Assembly (NCBI RefSeq): GCF_036971445.1
Contig: NC_091474.1
Coordinates: 208,382,001-208,446,000, forward strand
Origin: Narcine bancroftii
Lineage: Eukaryota
Length of the DNA stretch: 64,000 nt
Direction of reading: 5' to 3'
Shown: in pieces, positions 1-11,260 of the stretch
Layout: each line of letters starts with the position of its first letter
How positions within the stretch are numbered: position 1 is the stretch's first letter
Notes under the pieces: generated by a model
The model's input: only the letters and a program-made list of their open reading frames with translations
What the model was told of the DNA's origin: nothing
Databases searched by the model: none
Translations under genes and position numbers: made by a program

Positions 1-424
1 TGGAACTGTTTTAATAGTTTCTAAGTTTTAATAGTGGCATTTTGTTTCACTTTGAAGTTTAAATGTGATAATCTGATTCTGCTGTGGCTTTAAATTAATA
101 GTTGTGATACTCTTAACCTGAGTTGAGTAGATGCTAAATGATTCTTTGCTGCATCAGATTTATTTGGTTCTAAACTTGTAACATTTTGTGTGTCTAATGA
201 AGAACTAAATGAGCACTTACCTGTGTGAAATTTGATTATTATTCGAGCAATGGGAGTTGGTGAGTCAACGTGAGGTCCCATCTGCGCATGCGCAGCCATT
301 CCTTTACAGTCCAAGCCACTGAACTTAAATGAGCTAAATTACACGAACCTGTGACTGAACATGTTTATTGCAACCGAAACATCTTTATCCATAAACAAGA
401 AAAAGAGGGGAAGGGAGAGGTGGG

Positions 425-538
425 CACCTTGACTCACCAACTCCCATTTATTGAATAATAATCAAACTTTGCACAGTTAAGTGCTCATTTAACTCTTAAT
501 TATTCTTCGCAATGTACGTGAGTTCACCAACGTGAGAG
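425..538 (-). repeat. DIRS internal complementary region (ICR)
   Basis: About 425-497 is the reverse complement of about 200-272, and about 499-538 is the reverse complement of about 5090-5128 (tctcacgttggcgattctacgtacattgcgaagaataat), with few mismatches. Confidence 0.88.
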
Positions 539-669
539 TTTGTAGCTCAGTGGCTTATCCCCTACAAGTTGTCCGACAGACCATAATCAGTTCAATGTGT
601 CCCCTTCCCCCGGCCTTGTTCAATCTGCTGCTTGTAGAATGGAAGCAGTGAAACAGCCTCTTTGAGTTT

Positions 670-1496
670 AAAGGTTTATCATAGAACTTATTAAACGTTC
701 TCTCATTGCTCCATCCTGCCTGGCAAAGGATATCCCATATAGGGACCTAGTCCCTATTGGCTACCGAGATCACTGAGAAATATCCACTCCAGCCACTCTC
801 ATGACCTCCCGCAGCCATCTGGCCAACTGATGCAGTTTTTTTAATAACATATAAACAGGTATTTCTCATTTAGTCTAATATGTTTTGCACATACAACATC
901 TTTTTAAACAATCCAACATAATCTTTCATCTTTCCCATATGCATACAATGAAAATTCTGCCCAATTCTCCCTTGCCTGTTATGTTTCAAAATGTCTAACT
1001 TGAATGCTTACACTGTCCTCCTTCCAACAGATATGGTCCATATGACTGTGAGACAAAGTTTGTACCCTCTGGGCTGATGTCAAGGCCACCAGCATTATCA
1101 GCTTATGGGACAAGCTACGTAAAGCCAAAATGGAAGTTGGTGACAGTTGCCTTAGATAGTCCAAAACAATCTTTACATCCAAAACTGGTGTACCGGAGGA
1201 CGCAAGTGGAACACTCCTTTTATAAATCTTTTGATCAGGGGTTGGTTCATCATCTCATGCTCAGAGTCCTGGAGTGTCAAGAAAGCAGCCAACACACTCT
1301 TTGCTGTATTCACCGCTCTGTAGCTGGCTCCCTGCAAATGAAATATATCCGTTAGAAAACTCAGTGTGCCTCCGATAGAGGCTGACTGTTCATTCAGCCC
1401 GACTTGGGCACAGTGCTTTTCCATTTCCTCACATGGGAGGCATACTGTTTCTGAGTAGACTTTCTCCAAGACGTCCGCAGGATGTCCAGAGTTCAA
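670..1496 (-). pseudogene. DIRS tyrosine recombinase remnant
   Basis: Fragments ASYRAVNTAKSVL, PLIKRFIKGVFHLRPP, KLIMLVALTSAQRVQTL (catalytic Arg region), and C-terminal ILCQAGWSNERTFNKFYDKPL at about 670-735 (catalytic Tyr). The HxxR part is not recognisable. Confidence 0.85.
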
Positions 1497-1650
1497 GGCT
1501 GTAGAGCTTTTATGTTAATCCTTGCTCTCCGATCCTGCAACCTAACAGATTTAAGTGAGACAATGGCCGAGACCCCTGCTTTTTGTGAATATCAATAGAG
1601 TCCCCACCATAAGCCTAAGGAATACGTGGAGCTATCATTGGGAAGGCCAA

Positions 1651-1857
1651 TTAGACACAACCAGCAATCCCGAGGCAGTCTTCCTGTGTCTTATTCAGGC
1701 ACGTTGCCACGAAGGCGAACGGGGGAAATACATAAAAGTTAAACTTTGACCAGTCTTGGGTAAAGGCGTCAATGAACTCTGCTTGGGGATCCGGCAGCCA
1801 GGACACGAACCTTGGAACATGGGCATTAAGCCTGGATGTGAACAAATCTATCTTCAA
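1651..1857 (-). pseudogene. DIRS Dam-like N6-adenine methyltransferase domain remnant
   Basis: IDLFTSRLNAHVPRFVSW...DAFTQDWSKFNFYVFPPF matches the DIRS MT motifs (DLFAS, YxFPP) and follows RNase H. Confidence 0.85.
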
Positions 1858-1939
1858 AATGCCAAAGGTGTCCGATAGCCGTTTAAAAAATATTTCTTAC
1901 CCAGAGTCCACTCAGTGCTATCATTGGATTTCCTGGACA

Positions 1940-2512
1940 TCAGGTCTGCCTGTAGATCTGACCTGCCAGGTTGGTGGCAGTAACCCAAATGCTCCTCTGA
2001 ATGCACCAGTGACAAGTCTCAATGGTTAACTTGCTACAGGAAAGAGATTTAAGACCTCCCATATTATTGAAGTAGGCCACAGCTGAAGTGTTATCCAACC
2101 TTAGCAGTACATGAATATCAGCTTCCCTTGCACAGAAAGACTTGAGTGCTAGAAACCCTGCTAGCATTTCCAAATAATTGATGACTGATTTAGAGGCCTC
2201 CCTGAGCTCTATGTCGATCCATCTGCCCCCAGTAGAGACCTTTAGATTCATGGCTTCCCAACTGTCGCCACTGGCATCTGACCTGATCTCCAGGTCCACC
2301 TTTCTGAGTTTGATTCTTTCATAAGCCCGTGAGATGTGGTCGATGCACCATACCAGGTTGGATCTGGCCTCACTAGTTAGCCTCATGGGCCTGTCAAAAT
2401 GCCCCCTAGCTGCCTTAAGAGCAGATATTTTGTCCCTTTCCAGGAACCTATAATTTAGTGGGTCATGTACCACTGGGAAAGCTGCCACCAGTTTCCCAAT
2501 CAACTTGGCCAC
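1940..2512 (-). pseudogene. DIRS RNase H domain remnant
   Basis: IRSDASGDSW, INYLEMLAG, LRLDNTSAVAYFNNMGG motifs. Confidence 0.9.
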
Positions 2513-3340
2513 TTATGGCAGGATGACACTCTGTCATGAGCCCTCTGCAGGCTGTCCTGATTTTTGTCGCTTTATCCTCTAGCAGGGTAAGTCTCATCAT
2601 GTCTTCTGTATTAATAATGAAGCCGAGGAATTTTAACCTCTTGGAAAGCACCAACACTGATTTCTCAGGATGTATAAGAAACCCCACATGGTTTAATAAT
2701 CTTGGTGGCTGCTTCTGCCCTTTCTGTCTCCTCGAACGATCTACCCACGATAAGAGTATCATCTAGGTAACCCGTTACCATGTGTCCCTCTTTCCTGAGG
2801 TTGGCAAACACAGGCTTCAATAACTTGTTAAATGTTCTGGGTCCTGAGCTCTGCCCATTCGGCAAAGCTTTGTACTGCCATAGCTCTCCCTTCCAGGAAA
2901 ATTTCAAGAACTTCCTGAGCTGTGGGCAGATTGCAACCGAATAATATGCATCTTGCAAATCTTTTGAGCCATGTAATAGCCCTTGTCTAACATCGGCATC
3001 ACAGAATATGTTATCCATTTTAAAATGCCTGTACAAGATGCATTCGTTAAGATCCGATAGATCCAGTATCACTCTAGTGCTTTCACTTCTTTTGGGTTGC
3101 GTGCGGATGTTTTCATGGCTACAACGTTCAATAACGTTTTTCCTTTTAATGCCATGATGTCAGCATGCACAGCCTCTGTCGGTTGTGGTCTGTGCATATA
3201 TGTATATAGACCCTTCCTCTTTACCGGAGGGGATTTCTGTGGATCAAATTCTATCTTCTACCCCTTCACTGCCAAATAGAGACATCAGTGGTAATATTAC
3301 ACCATCTATCATAGAATAGCGTTAATTGACCGCAAACCTT
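2513..3340 (-). pseudogene. DIRS reverse transcriptase remnant
   Basis: ILDLSDLN, FKMDN, DLQDAYYSVAI, LPNGQSSGPRTF, GYLDD, then frameshifted GFLIHPEKSVL and FLGFII. Confidence 0.92.
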
Positions 3341-3399
3341 TAAAGCCATGTAATTATCAAGAGTACTCAACTGTAAATGTGTAGTGTTCACTTCCTTGA

Positions 3400-4574
3400 C
3401 CCACCTAGTCTGCGGGCTGCTGCATTCTGGGCCCACTTCCGCGAAACACTTTGAGCGGCAAAATTCTGCTGCCGCTGTAGCCACAGAGGGTGTTGCCCTA
3501 AAAGAGGCCAGTTGGCTGTAGCCGCTTGGAGTGGGGAAACCACCTCGGATAACCCGCTTAAATTCCCCCACGTACCTGCAATAGGGGTGAAACTTAACAG
3601 GTTCTCTTGCCTGTGCTCTCAGACCCCTGACCATGCCAGCCGCTGCCCTCTGCTGCTTATTCAAATCTTTCACCTGTTTGTTGAGATCGTCACCAAATAG
3701 AAATTTTGTTATAGGATGGATGGTCTGCACAAATGAGCATATCTTGCATTTTAGGTTGGGCCTCATCAGCTCCTTCTTGAAGGCATTCAGTTGATGGTTT
3801 GCATGGGATAACAGCCCCAAAGCATCTTGTTGAGTGTCCGATAAATTGTGTGTGTTTGTGCAAATGGAGTGATACCTTTAACCAGTGACCCCCGTAGCCT
3901 TTGCAGTTTCATGTCTTTTGCCTTTGTGGGGACCTTCAAATTGTCCCATGTTGCAGGGTTTACTTTGGGCACCTCCAACAGAGGGCAGTTAACGGGGCAG
4001 GGGTACTTGATGGATTCTTCTAGTACCGTCTCCTGAAAAGCATTTGACACCATATTATAGACCCTGCAATATCTTCCTCTAGTGGCTGGCCGATACCCTC
4101 CGGTACAGCAAACTTCGCAGCAATAGTTGGTATATGGCTCTCATCCTGACTGGCCTGAGCAATGTATGGGGATTTGGGTGACTTGGCCTCCATTACCGGC
4201 CCTTCATCTTCCCATGTATAATCATAAATCTCCTCCCCCTGCTCTGATGGCATAGAAAACCTGCTCACCATGGCCATCACCAGTTCCTCTAATTTGTCCA
4301 GACAACTTACAATTTCATTGCTGGTTGAGGCCTCTGATCTCTGGCAGGCCTTGCTCTTTAGCCCCGATTTGAGTGGGCAGAGACCTCTTCCTTTGGGCTT
4401 TTTCTGGTTGTTCTTGCCTGTTGAGTGAGCAGCTTCACTACACGACGTGTTAAGTTTGACACAGATCCTACCTGCTCTTGTGCGGGGTACTCTCCCTCGC
4501 TGCCACTCGATAGACTGAGGTCCAATTGTCTTGTGCTGCAGCACTGCTTGCTTTTTGAGACCCCCGACTTCCAC
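3400..4574 (-). pseudogene. DIRS ORF1 (gag-like) remnant
   Basis: Consecutive frameshifted ORFs (YPCPVNCPLLEVPKVNPATW, LLSHANHQLN, FLFGDDL) lying upstream of RT inside the element termini. Confidence 0.7.
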
Positions 4575-5647
4575 GAAGCCAGATTGGTGCAGCCAGACTT
4601 GGACCCCACCTTCAGCAAAGGTAGGCCACTGCTGCCTGATCCCACCCCCAATGGAGGTAGATTGGCCTTGCTGCTCCTCAGCTGGGACACTGTACCCCAG
4701 CAGGCCCGCTGGATTTTTGGTGCTAACGAAGTGCCATGGTGCCTCTTGGAGGCCTTCCTCCTCGGGTTCTTGCTGCCCTGCCTTTGCCCCAGCCCCTCAT
4801 CAGGACCCAGGAGCCTCCTGCTGGTTGTCCCGGATTTTTTACTGCTACCCTCCTCCGGTGAGCTCATTCGGGGGTTTGATTCCATTTTGTGGATTGCACT
4901 CTTGTGATCTCCCTCAGGGCTCTGCTCCTGCAGGCCCACTAAGTTGGGGCTTTTTTTGTGATCGCTCTACTGTGATTTTTCCCCCCCCCCCCCACACCCC
5001 ACTGATTCAGCACTTTTGCTCCCACGCTAAAAACACGTGCTGCTCCTTGCAAGTCAACGGATGTATTGGCTGTGCATGCACGGTTGGGATCTCACGTTGG
5101 CGATTCTACGTACATTGCGAAGAATAATAATAAACTGTACAAATGCACCAAATTCTGTCTTGCTGCAGCCACACAGGAATGTAAATGCACCAATAGTGTC
5201 AATTAAGTTCCATAATGAGCCATGTGATTAATATAAATGTTCAGCGCAGTTAGTGCAAAAACAAAAGCTTCAGTCAGGCACACATCTTTTGGTGGTACTG
5301 GAGTATTTTATGGCGAGATTGAAGAGCGAGGGAGGGGTTAAAAACCTGCACAAGAGGGGTAAAAACTCCTTCAATCTGGAGGTGCTAAATTGAAGCTTTT
5401 GTACCTTTTTGCCTAAAGGCAACAGTAAGACAGTAATCATGAGTGGATGATGGGGATTCTTTGCTGCCTTCTTTTACTTTCACTGTTGACTTAACTGGCT
5501 CTAGGAGAACATACCTATGCGGATTCCCCAGAAACTGGAGCTCTTGGCCCTCTCCACTGCTGTTGTGCCAATGAAGATCTTGACACTCAAGCACCCTTCT
5601 TAATCAGGACTTTGCTAAGGCCAGGAATGCATTTTGTCTGTCATTGC

Positions 5648-8511
5648 TGGCACCGCCCTAGCGGTCAGTGGCACCGCCCTAGCGGTCAGTGGCACCGCCC
5701 TAGCGGTCAGTGGCACCGCCCTAGCGGTCAGTGGCACCGCCCTAGCGGTCAGTGGCACCGCCCTAGCGGTCAGTGGCACCGCCCTAGCGGTCAGTGGCAC
5801 CGCCCTAGCGGTCAGTGGCACCGCCCTAGCGGTCAGTGGCACCGCCCTAGCGGTCAGTGGCACCGCCCTAGCGGTCAGTGGCACCGCCCTAGCGGTCAGT
5901 GGCACCGCCCTAGCGGTCAGTGGCACCGCCCTAGCGGTCAGTGGCACCGCCCTAGCGGTCAGTGGCACCGCCCTAGCGGTCAGTGGCACCGCCCTAGCGG
6001 TCAGTGGCACCGCCCTAGCGGTCAGTGGCACCGCCCTAGCGGTCAGTGGCACCGCCCTAGCGGTCAGTGGCACCGCCCTAGCGGTCAGTGGCACCGCCCT
6101 AGCGGTCAGTGGCACCGCCCTAGCGGTCAGTGGCACCGCCCTAGCGGTCAGTGGCACCGCCCTAGCGGTCAGTGGCACCGCCCTAGCGGTCAGTGGCACC
6201 GCCCTAGCGGTCAGTGGCACCGCCCTAGCGGTCAGTGGCACCGCCCTAGCGGTCAGTGGCACCGCCCTAGCGGTCAGTGGCACCGCCCTAGCGGTCAGTG
6301 GCACCGCCCTAGCGGTCAGTGGCACCGCCCTAGCGGTCAGTGGCACCGCCCTAGCGGTCAGTGGCACCGCCCTAGCGGTCAGTGGCACCGCCCTAGCGGT
6401 CAGTGGCACCGCCCTAGCGGTCAGTGGCACCGCCCTAGCGGTCAGTGGCACCGCCCTAGCGGTCAGTGGCACCGCCCTAGCGGTCAGTGGCACCGCCCTA
6501 GCGGTCAGTGGCACCGCCCTAGCGGTCAGTGGCACCGCCCTAGCGGTCAGTGGCACCGCCCTAGCGGTCAGTGGCACCGCCCTAGCGGTCAGTGGCACCG
6601 CCCTAGCGGTCAGTGGCACCGCCCTAGCGGTCAGTGGCACCGCCCTAGCGGTCAGTGGCACCGCCCTAGCGGTCAGTGGCACCGCCCTAGCGGTCAGTGG
6701 CACCGCCCTAGCGGTCAGTGGCACCGCCCTAGCGGTCAGTGGCACCGCCCTAGCGGTCAGTGGCACCGCCCTAGCGGTCAGTGGCACCGCCCTAGCGGTC
6801 AGTGGCACCGCCCTAGCGGTCAGTGGCACCGCCCTAGCGGTCAGTGGCACCGCCCTAGCGGTCAGTGGCACCGCCCTAGCGGTCAGTGGCACCGCCCTAG
6901 CGGTCAGTGGCACCGCCCTAGCGGTCAGTGGCACCGCCCTAGCGGTCAGTGGCACCGCCCTAGCGGTCAGTGGCACCGCCCTAGCGGTCAGTGGCACCGC
7001 CCTAGCGGTCAGTGGCACCGCCCTAGCGGTCAGTGGCACCGCCCTAGCGGTCAGTGGCACCGCCCTAGCGGTCAGTGGCACCGCCCTAGCGGTCAGTGGC
7101 ACCGCCCTAGCGGTCAGTGGCACCGCCCTAGCGGTCAGTGGCACCGCCCTAGCGGTCAGTGGCACCGCCCTAGCGGTCAGTGGCACCGCCCTAGCGGTCA
7201 GTGGCACCGCCCTAGCGGTCAGTGGCACCGCCCTAGCGGTCAGTGGCACCGCCCTAGCGGTCAGTGGCACCGCCCTAGCGGTCAGTGGCACCGCCCTAGC
7301 GGTCAGTGGCACCGCCCTAGCGGTCAGTGGCACCGCCCTAGCGGTCAGTGGCACCGCCCTAGCGGTCAGTGGCACCGCCCTAGCGGTCAGTGGCACCGCC
7401 CTAGCGGTCAGTGGCACCGCCCTAGCGGTCAGTGGCACCGCCCTAGCGGTCAGTGGCACCGCCCTAGCGGTCAGTGGCACCGCCCTAGCGGTCAGTGGCA
7501 CCGCCCTAGCGGTCAGTGGCACCGCCCTAGCGGTCAGTGGCACCGCCCTAGCGGTCAGTGGCACCGCCCTAGCGGTCAGTGGCACCGCCCTAGCGGTCAG
7601 TGGCACCGCCCTAGCGGTCAGTGGCACCGCCCTAGCGGTCAGTGGCACCGCCCTAGCGGTCAGTGGCACCGCCCTAGCGGTCAGTGGCACCGCCCTAGCG
7701 GTCAGTGGCACCGCCCTAGCGGTCAGTGGCACCGCCCTAGCGGTCAGTGGCACCGCCCTAGCGGTCAGTGGCACCGCCCTAGCGGTCAGTGGCACCGCCC
7801 TAGCGGTCAGTGGCACCGCCCTAGCGGTCAGTGGCACCGCCCTAGCGGTCAGTGGCACCGCCCTAGCGGTCAGTGGCACCGCCCTAGCGGTCAGTGGCAC
7901 CGCCCTAGCGGTCAGTGGCACCGCCCTAGCGGTCAGTGGCACCGCCCTAGCGGTCAGTGGCACCGCCCTAGCGGTCAGTGGCACCGCCCTAGCGGTCAGT
8001 GGCACCGCCCTAGCGGTCAGTGGCACCGCCCTAGCGGTCAGTGGCACCGCCCTAGCGGTCAGTGGCACCGCCCTAGCGGTCAGTGGCACCGCCCTAGCGG
8101 TCAGTGGCACCGCCCTAGCGGTCAGTGGCACCGCCCTAGCGGTCAGTGGCACCGCCCTAGCGGTCAGTGGCACCGCCCTAGCGGTCAGTGGCACCGCCCT
8201 AGCGGTCAGTGGCACCGCCCTAGCGGTCAGTGGCACCGCCCTAGCGGTCAGTGGCACCGCCCTAGCGGTCAGTGGCACCGCCCTAGCGGTCAGTGGCACC
8301 GCCCTAGCGGTCAGTGGCACCGCCCTAGCGGTCAGTGGCACCGCCCTAGCGGTCAGTGGCACCGCCCTAGCGGTCAGTGGCACCGCCCTAGCGGTCAGTG
8401 GCACCGCCCTAGCGGTCAGTGGCACCGCCCTAGCGGTCAGTGGCACCGCCCTAGCGGTCAGTGGCACCGCCCTAGCGGTCAGTGGCACCGCCCTAGCGGT
8501 CAGTGGCACCG
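5648..8511. repeat. Homogeneous minisatellite, 21-bp unit TGGCACCGCCCTAGCGGTCAG, about 136 copies
   Basis: 2864 bp / 21 = 136.4 units. No variant unit seen; the ORF track translations are invariant 7-aa repeats. Unit is 15/21 GC with 2 CpG. Confidence 0.99.
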
Positions 8512-9109
8512 AGGCATACATCTGATCGATGAGAATACATAACCTGAGGCAGTATAATGCATCTATTCCCTGTGCTCACCGAAGATTTGTGGGAATTAAG
8601 CAAACATTCAAAGTACTAGTTAAATGCAGAATGCAGTATTCTTGGCATGTAACTATTTTGTTTCCTCTGGTTGGGTTGTCATTTTGGGGATATGAGTGAT
8701 CGAAGATGCTGGAGTATATGGAAGGGTGGGTTGGGGGAGGGGGCAGCTGGTAGGTTTTTTTTGTGTGAGACTGGTGAAGGGGATAGTGTTGAGAAATGTA
8801 TTTGCTAGCTTTTTTTTAAACAGTCCTGAGGACCACGAAAAGGATTTTTGGAAATTGCCGGGCATGATTTTGTGGTCTCCTTTTCCGAGCCTAAGGAGAA
8901 ACCAAAAACTATCGTGCTTGCCTTCACTTCCAATCAGTCACACTTGCTATTTGCTAGTTATGGAGGCAAAACAAACCTTTATATATTGGACTTAATTTCT
9001 ATGACTGCATAGATGGCAAGGTGCTGTTTGAACGTGGGATGGAATGGAAGAAGTTCCATCACACTATATTGACAATAATGATGACTTGATGTGAATGTTT
9101 CTCTTTCAG

Positions 9110-9181
9110 AACAATATGATACTTTCGTGAAGTTCACGCACGATCAGATTATGCGACGATATGGCGAACAACCTGCGAGCT
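9110..9181 (+). CDS. AKIRIN2: Akirin-2, penultimate coding exon (72 nt)
   Basis: ctctttcag acceptor, gtaagt donor; encodes (E)[29 protein letters not shown] distinguishes akirin-2 from akirin-1. Confidence 0.97.
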
Positions 9182-10328
9182 GTAAGTATATACTATGCTT
9201 TTTAAAAATAATTCTCCATTTTAATCCTTGGATTCACATTTTAGCTGATGGTGGCATACCCATGGCTGAGAGGACAAGATCCTCCAATTCAATACCCAGT
9301 TGCCTTGTGTGATTTAAGGAGCTGACTTTCCTTGAGAAAACTTCTGAAACGCAGGGCTTTTAAACTCGATCACCATTCCACCACCTGATACACTATCGTG
9401 GGCATGCCATGGTTTGTTTTGCCATCGGGAACTGTCTTCACAGAAAATTTCCTTTTGTCAGTAAAGGGGGTGCGGAGGGGACACTAACTTGATTTGTTTC
9501 AGCATATTGTAAACATTTCACTAGAAATGCAAAAAACTATGATTTCTAATCTTAACTGTGGCTACATTAGCTTTGTATCGTGGACCAACAAATGAGCCTC
9601 CAGTTATTATCAGTTGCGCAATTCAAGATTGCAAGATGAGTAGAGGCTAAATAAAACCAAACCTGCTGGAGAAATTCAGCAGATAACCAAGGGGGTGATT
9701 GGTGGGAGGGGATGAGTGGACAAAGGAGATTATGGAAAGCGGGAATGGGAAGATTTGCCTGGTGGGATCCCATTGTAGGTGACGGAAATTGTGAAGAGTA
9801 GTATTTTGACTGTGAAGGCTGTTGCGGAGCAAACTGAGGACAAGGGGAACCCTGTCCTTATTGCAGTGTGGGTGTGGCGTGGGCAGAGCAGGTGTAAGGG
9901 CAATGTAGATGAGGGATTAGTTAATGGCAGTAGAGGGGAGGCCATATATTTTTGAAGGGTAGGATGTCTCCGATGTCTTGGACGGGTAGGTACCAATTGC
10001 CCTCATGGTGCCTAACCCTGTGACTGCAAGAAGTGTTACACTTGCACCTTTTCCCTTATTCAGGGTACTTGAAAGGACTGTGAATCTGTAGGGATCATTT
10101 TCCTCATCTGGTGCTCCTGATGTGGCATCATTAGGAGGCTGGGCACAAACCTGAGATTGATTTGTTGAGCACATTCGCTCTATGCCAGTGGCCAGCCACT
10201 TTATTTCACACCCCATTGCCACACTGACATGTCTGTCAATGTCCACAAGCATTGCTAAATTGCGGTCATCTTGAAATTGGAGAACACCTTATTATGTCTT
10301 TGCACTCTTCAACCAGACAACATCAGTA

Positions 10329-10986
10329 GGCCTTTTCATAGACTGCCTCAGCATGGAGGCCAGCTTAAAAGCCGAATGAAAAGGTGTTTCTTGCCTTTAC
10401 ACGCAGTTCCACAAAAGCCTGCTCCAATGTCCCCTTTCAGCCTGTAGGCAGCTGGGGTGTTGATACAGGTTTCAGGAGGCATGGCTACTGGTTCCATGAC
10501 ACCATACATGCTGAGCAATGGCTGACTTTGTTACCCATAATTCCCCCAAGCAGCTGGAACTGCTGTGTTTCCCAGAACAGTTCCAGCTGCTTGGGGGATC
10601 ATGAGTAGGGTAGACAGTCATTACTTTGACACTGGTGTTGACAAGCAGCCTGGTGAGGTGCTGGGGCAGCTGGCCTCCGCCGGCAGTGCCCCTGCTCTTA
10701 GGGGATCGTGGAGGGAGAGGGATGAGTGAGATGGGCTGTGGGCAGATAATATCACTGCGATGTCATCAGCCCATCCCCAGACAGCCACTTACAGCGGCAT
10801 TACATTCATGCCAGGCAGCAGAGCACAGTGCTCTATCGCTGACCCTCCCACACCTCCCCACCCCTGAGAGGGATTGCAGTCGGTGCCTTGGAGTCGGCAG
10901 GGTGCATTCATGAAGGTAAGTCTCCTGGCATAAAGGCAGAGAATCTCTGCCTTTACAGTCGGTCTTTTTGACTGCATGAAAGGGCC
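10329..10986. mobile_element. Non-autonomous DNA transposon (MITE)
   Basis: Inverted termini ggccttttcat / atgaaagggcc, TA on both sides, GC-rich interior that splits the Penelope-like sequence. Confidence 0.55.
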
Positions 10987-11220
10987 TAATATCAACTGGT
11001 CCAATTTTCATTCACCCCCTTCCTGGTTTCTTTCTTTTGCCTTTATCTCCTCCAGCTTCCCTTCTATCAGAACGCTAACCTACTTGGCCCTCTGCCCTCT
11101 CTCCCTTGACACCTCATCTTTTTACCCACTGAATCTAGCTGTTGCCTCTTGCATGATAAAATGTCCTCCTCTGCTTTCGCGCCCCCCCCCCCCCACCTTT
11201 TTGTTTTTGGGAGATTTTCA

Positions 11221-11260
11221 GCATTGCTGATGAGGGGCTTAGGCCTGAAACGTTGACTGC
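11221..11260 (+). ncRNA. Degenerate minimal type I hammerhead-ribozyme-like motif
   Basis: gcattg CTGATGA ggggc-ttag-gcct GAAA cgtt gactgc: core boxes intact, stem II present, stem I only partly paired. Confidence 0.5.

Larger units (their letters stand above)
198..5128 (-). mobile_element. DIRS-type tyrosine-recombinase retrotransposon, near full length, inactivated by frameshifts and stops
   Basis: Minus-strand order gag-like, RT, RNase H, methyltransferase, YR. Inverted termini (about 266-300 vs 5065-5099) plus an internal complementary region (about 425-538) matching both ends: the DIRS1 architecture. Confidence 0.93.

Noticed and set aside
4358-5127. Overlapping 160-198 aa ORFs on both strands
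   Set aside because: GC-rich 5' part of the DIRS element; no recognisable domain.
5648-8511. CRISPR array or telomeric repeat
   Set aside because: No spacers, no cas genes, vertebrate context, and the unit is not TTAGGG-like.
5648-8511. Tandem CTCF sites (minus strand TGACCGCTAGGGCGGTGCCA)
   Set aside because: Resembles the CTCF motif only if one base is deleted from the core; ungapped it mismatches the key GGC positions. A PWM scan would settle it.
5612-8542. Three ORFs of about 970 aa as protein-coding genes
   Set aside because: They follow from a 21-bp unit lacking stops in three frames; no synonymous variation or unique domain.
9091-9312. 73-aa ORF as a standalone gene
   Set aside because: It is the AKIRIN2 exon read through into intron on both sides.
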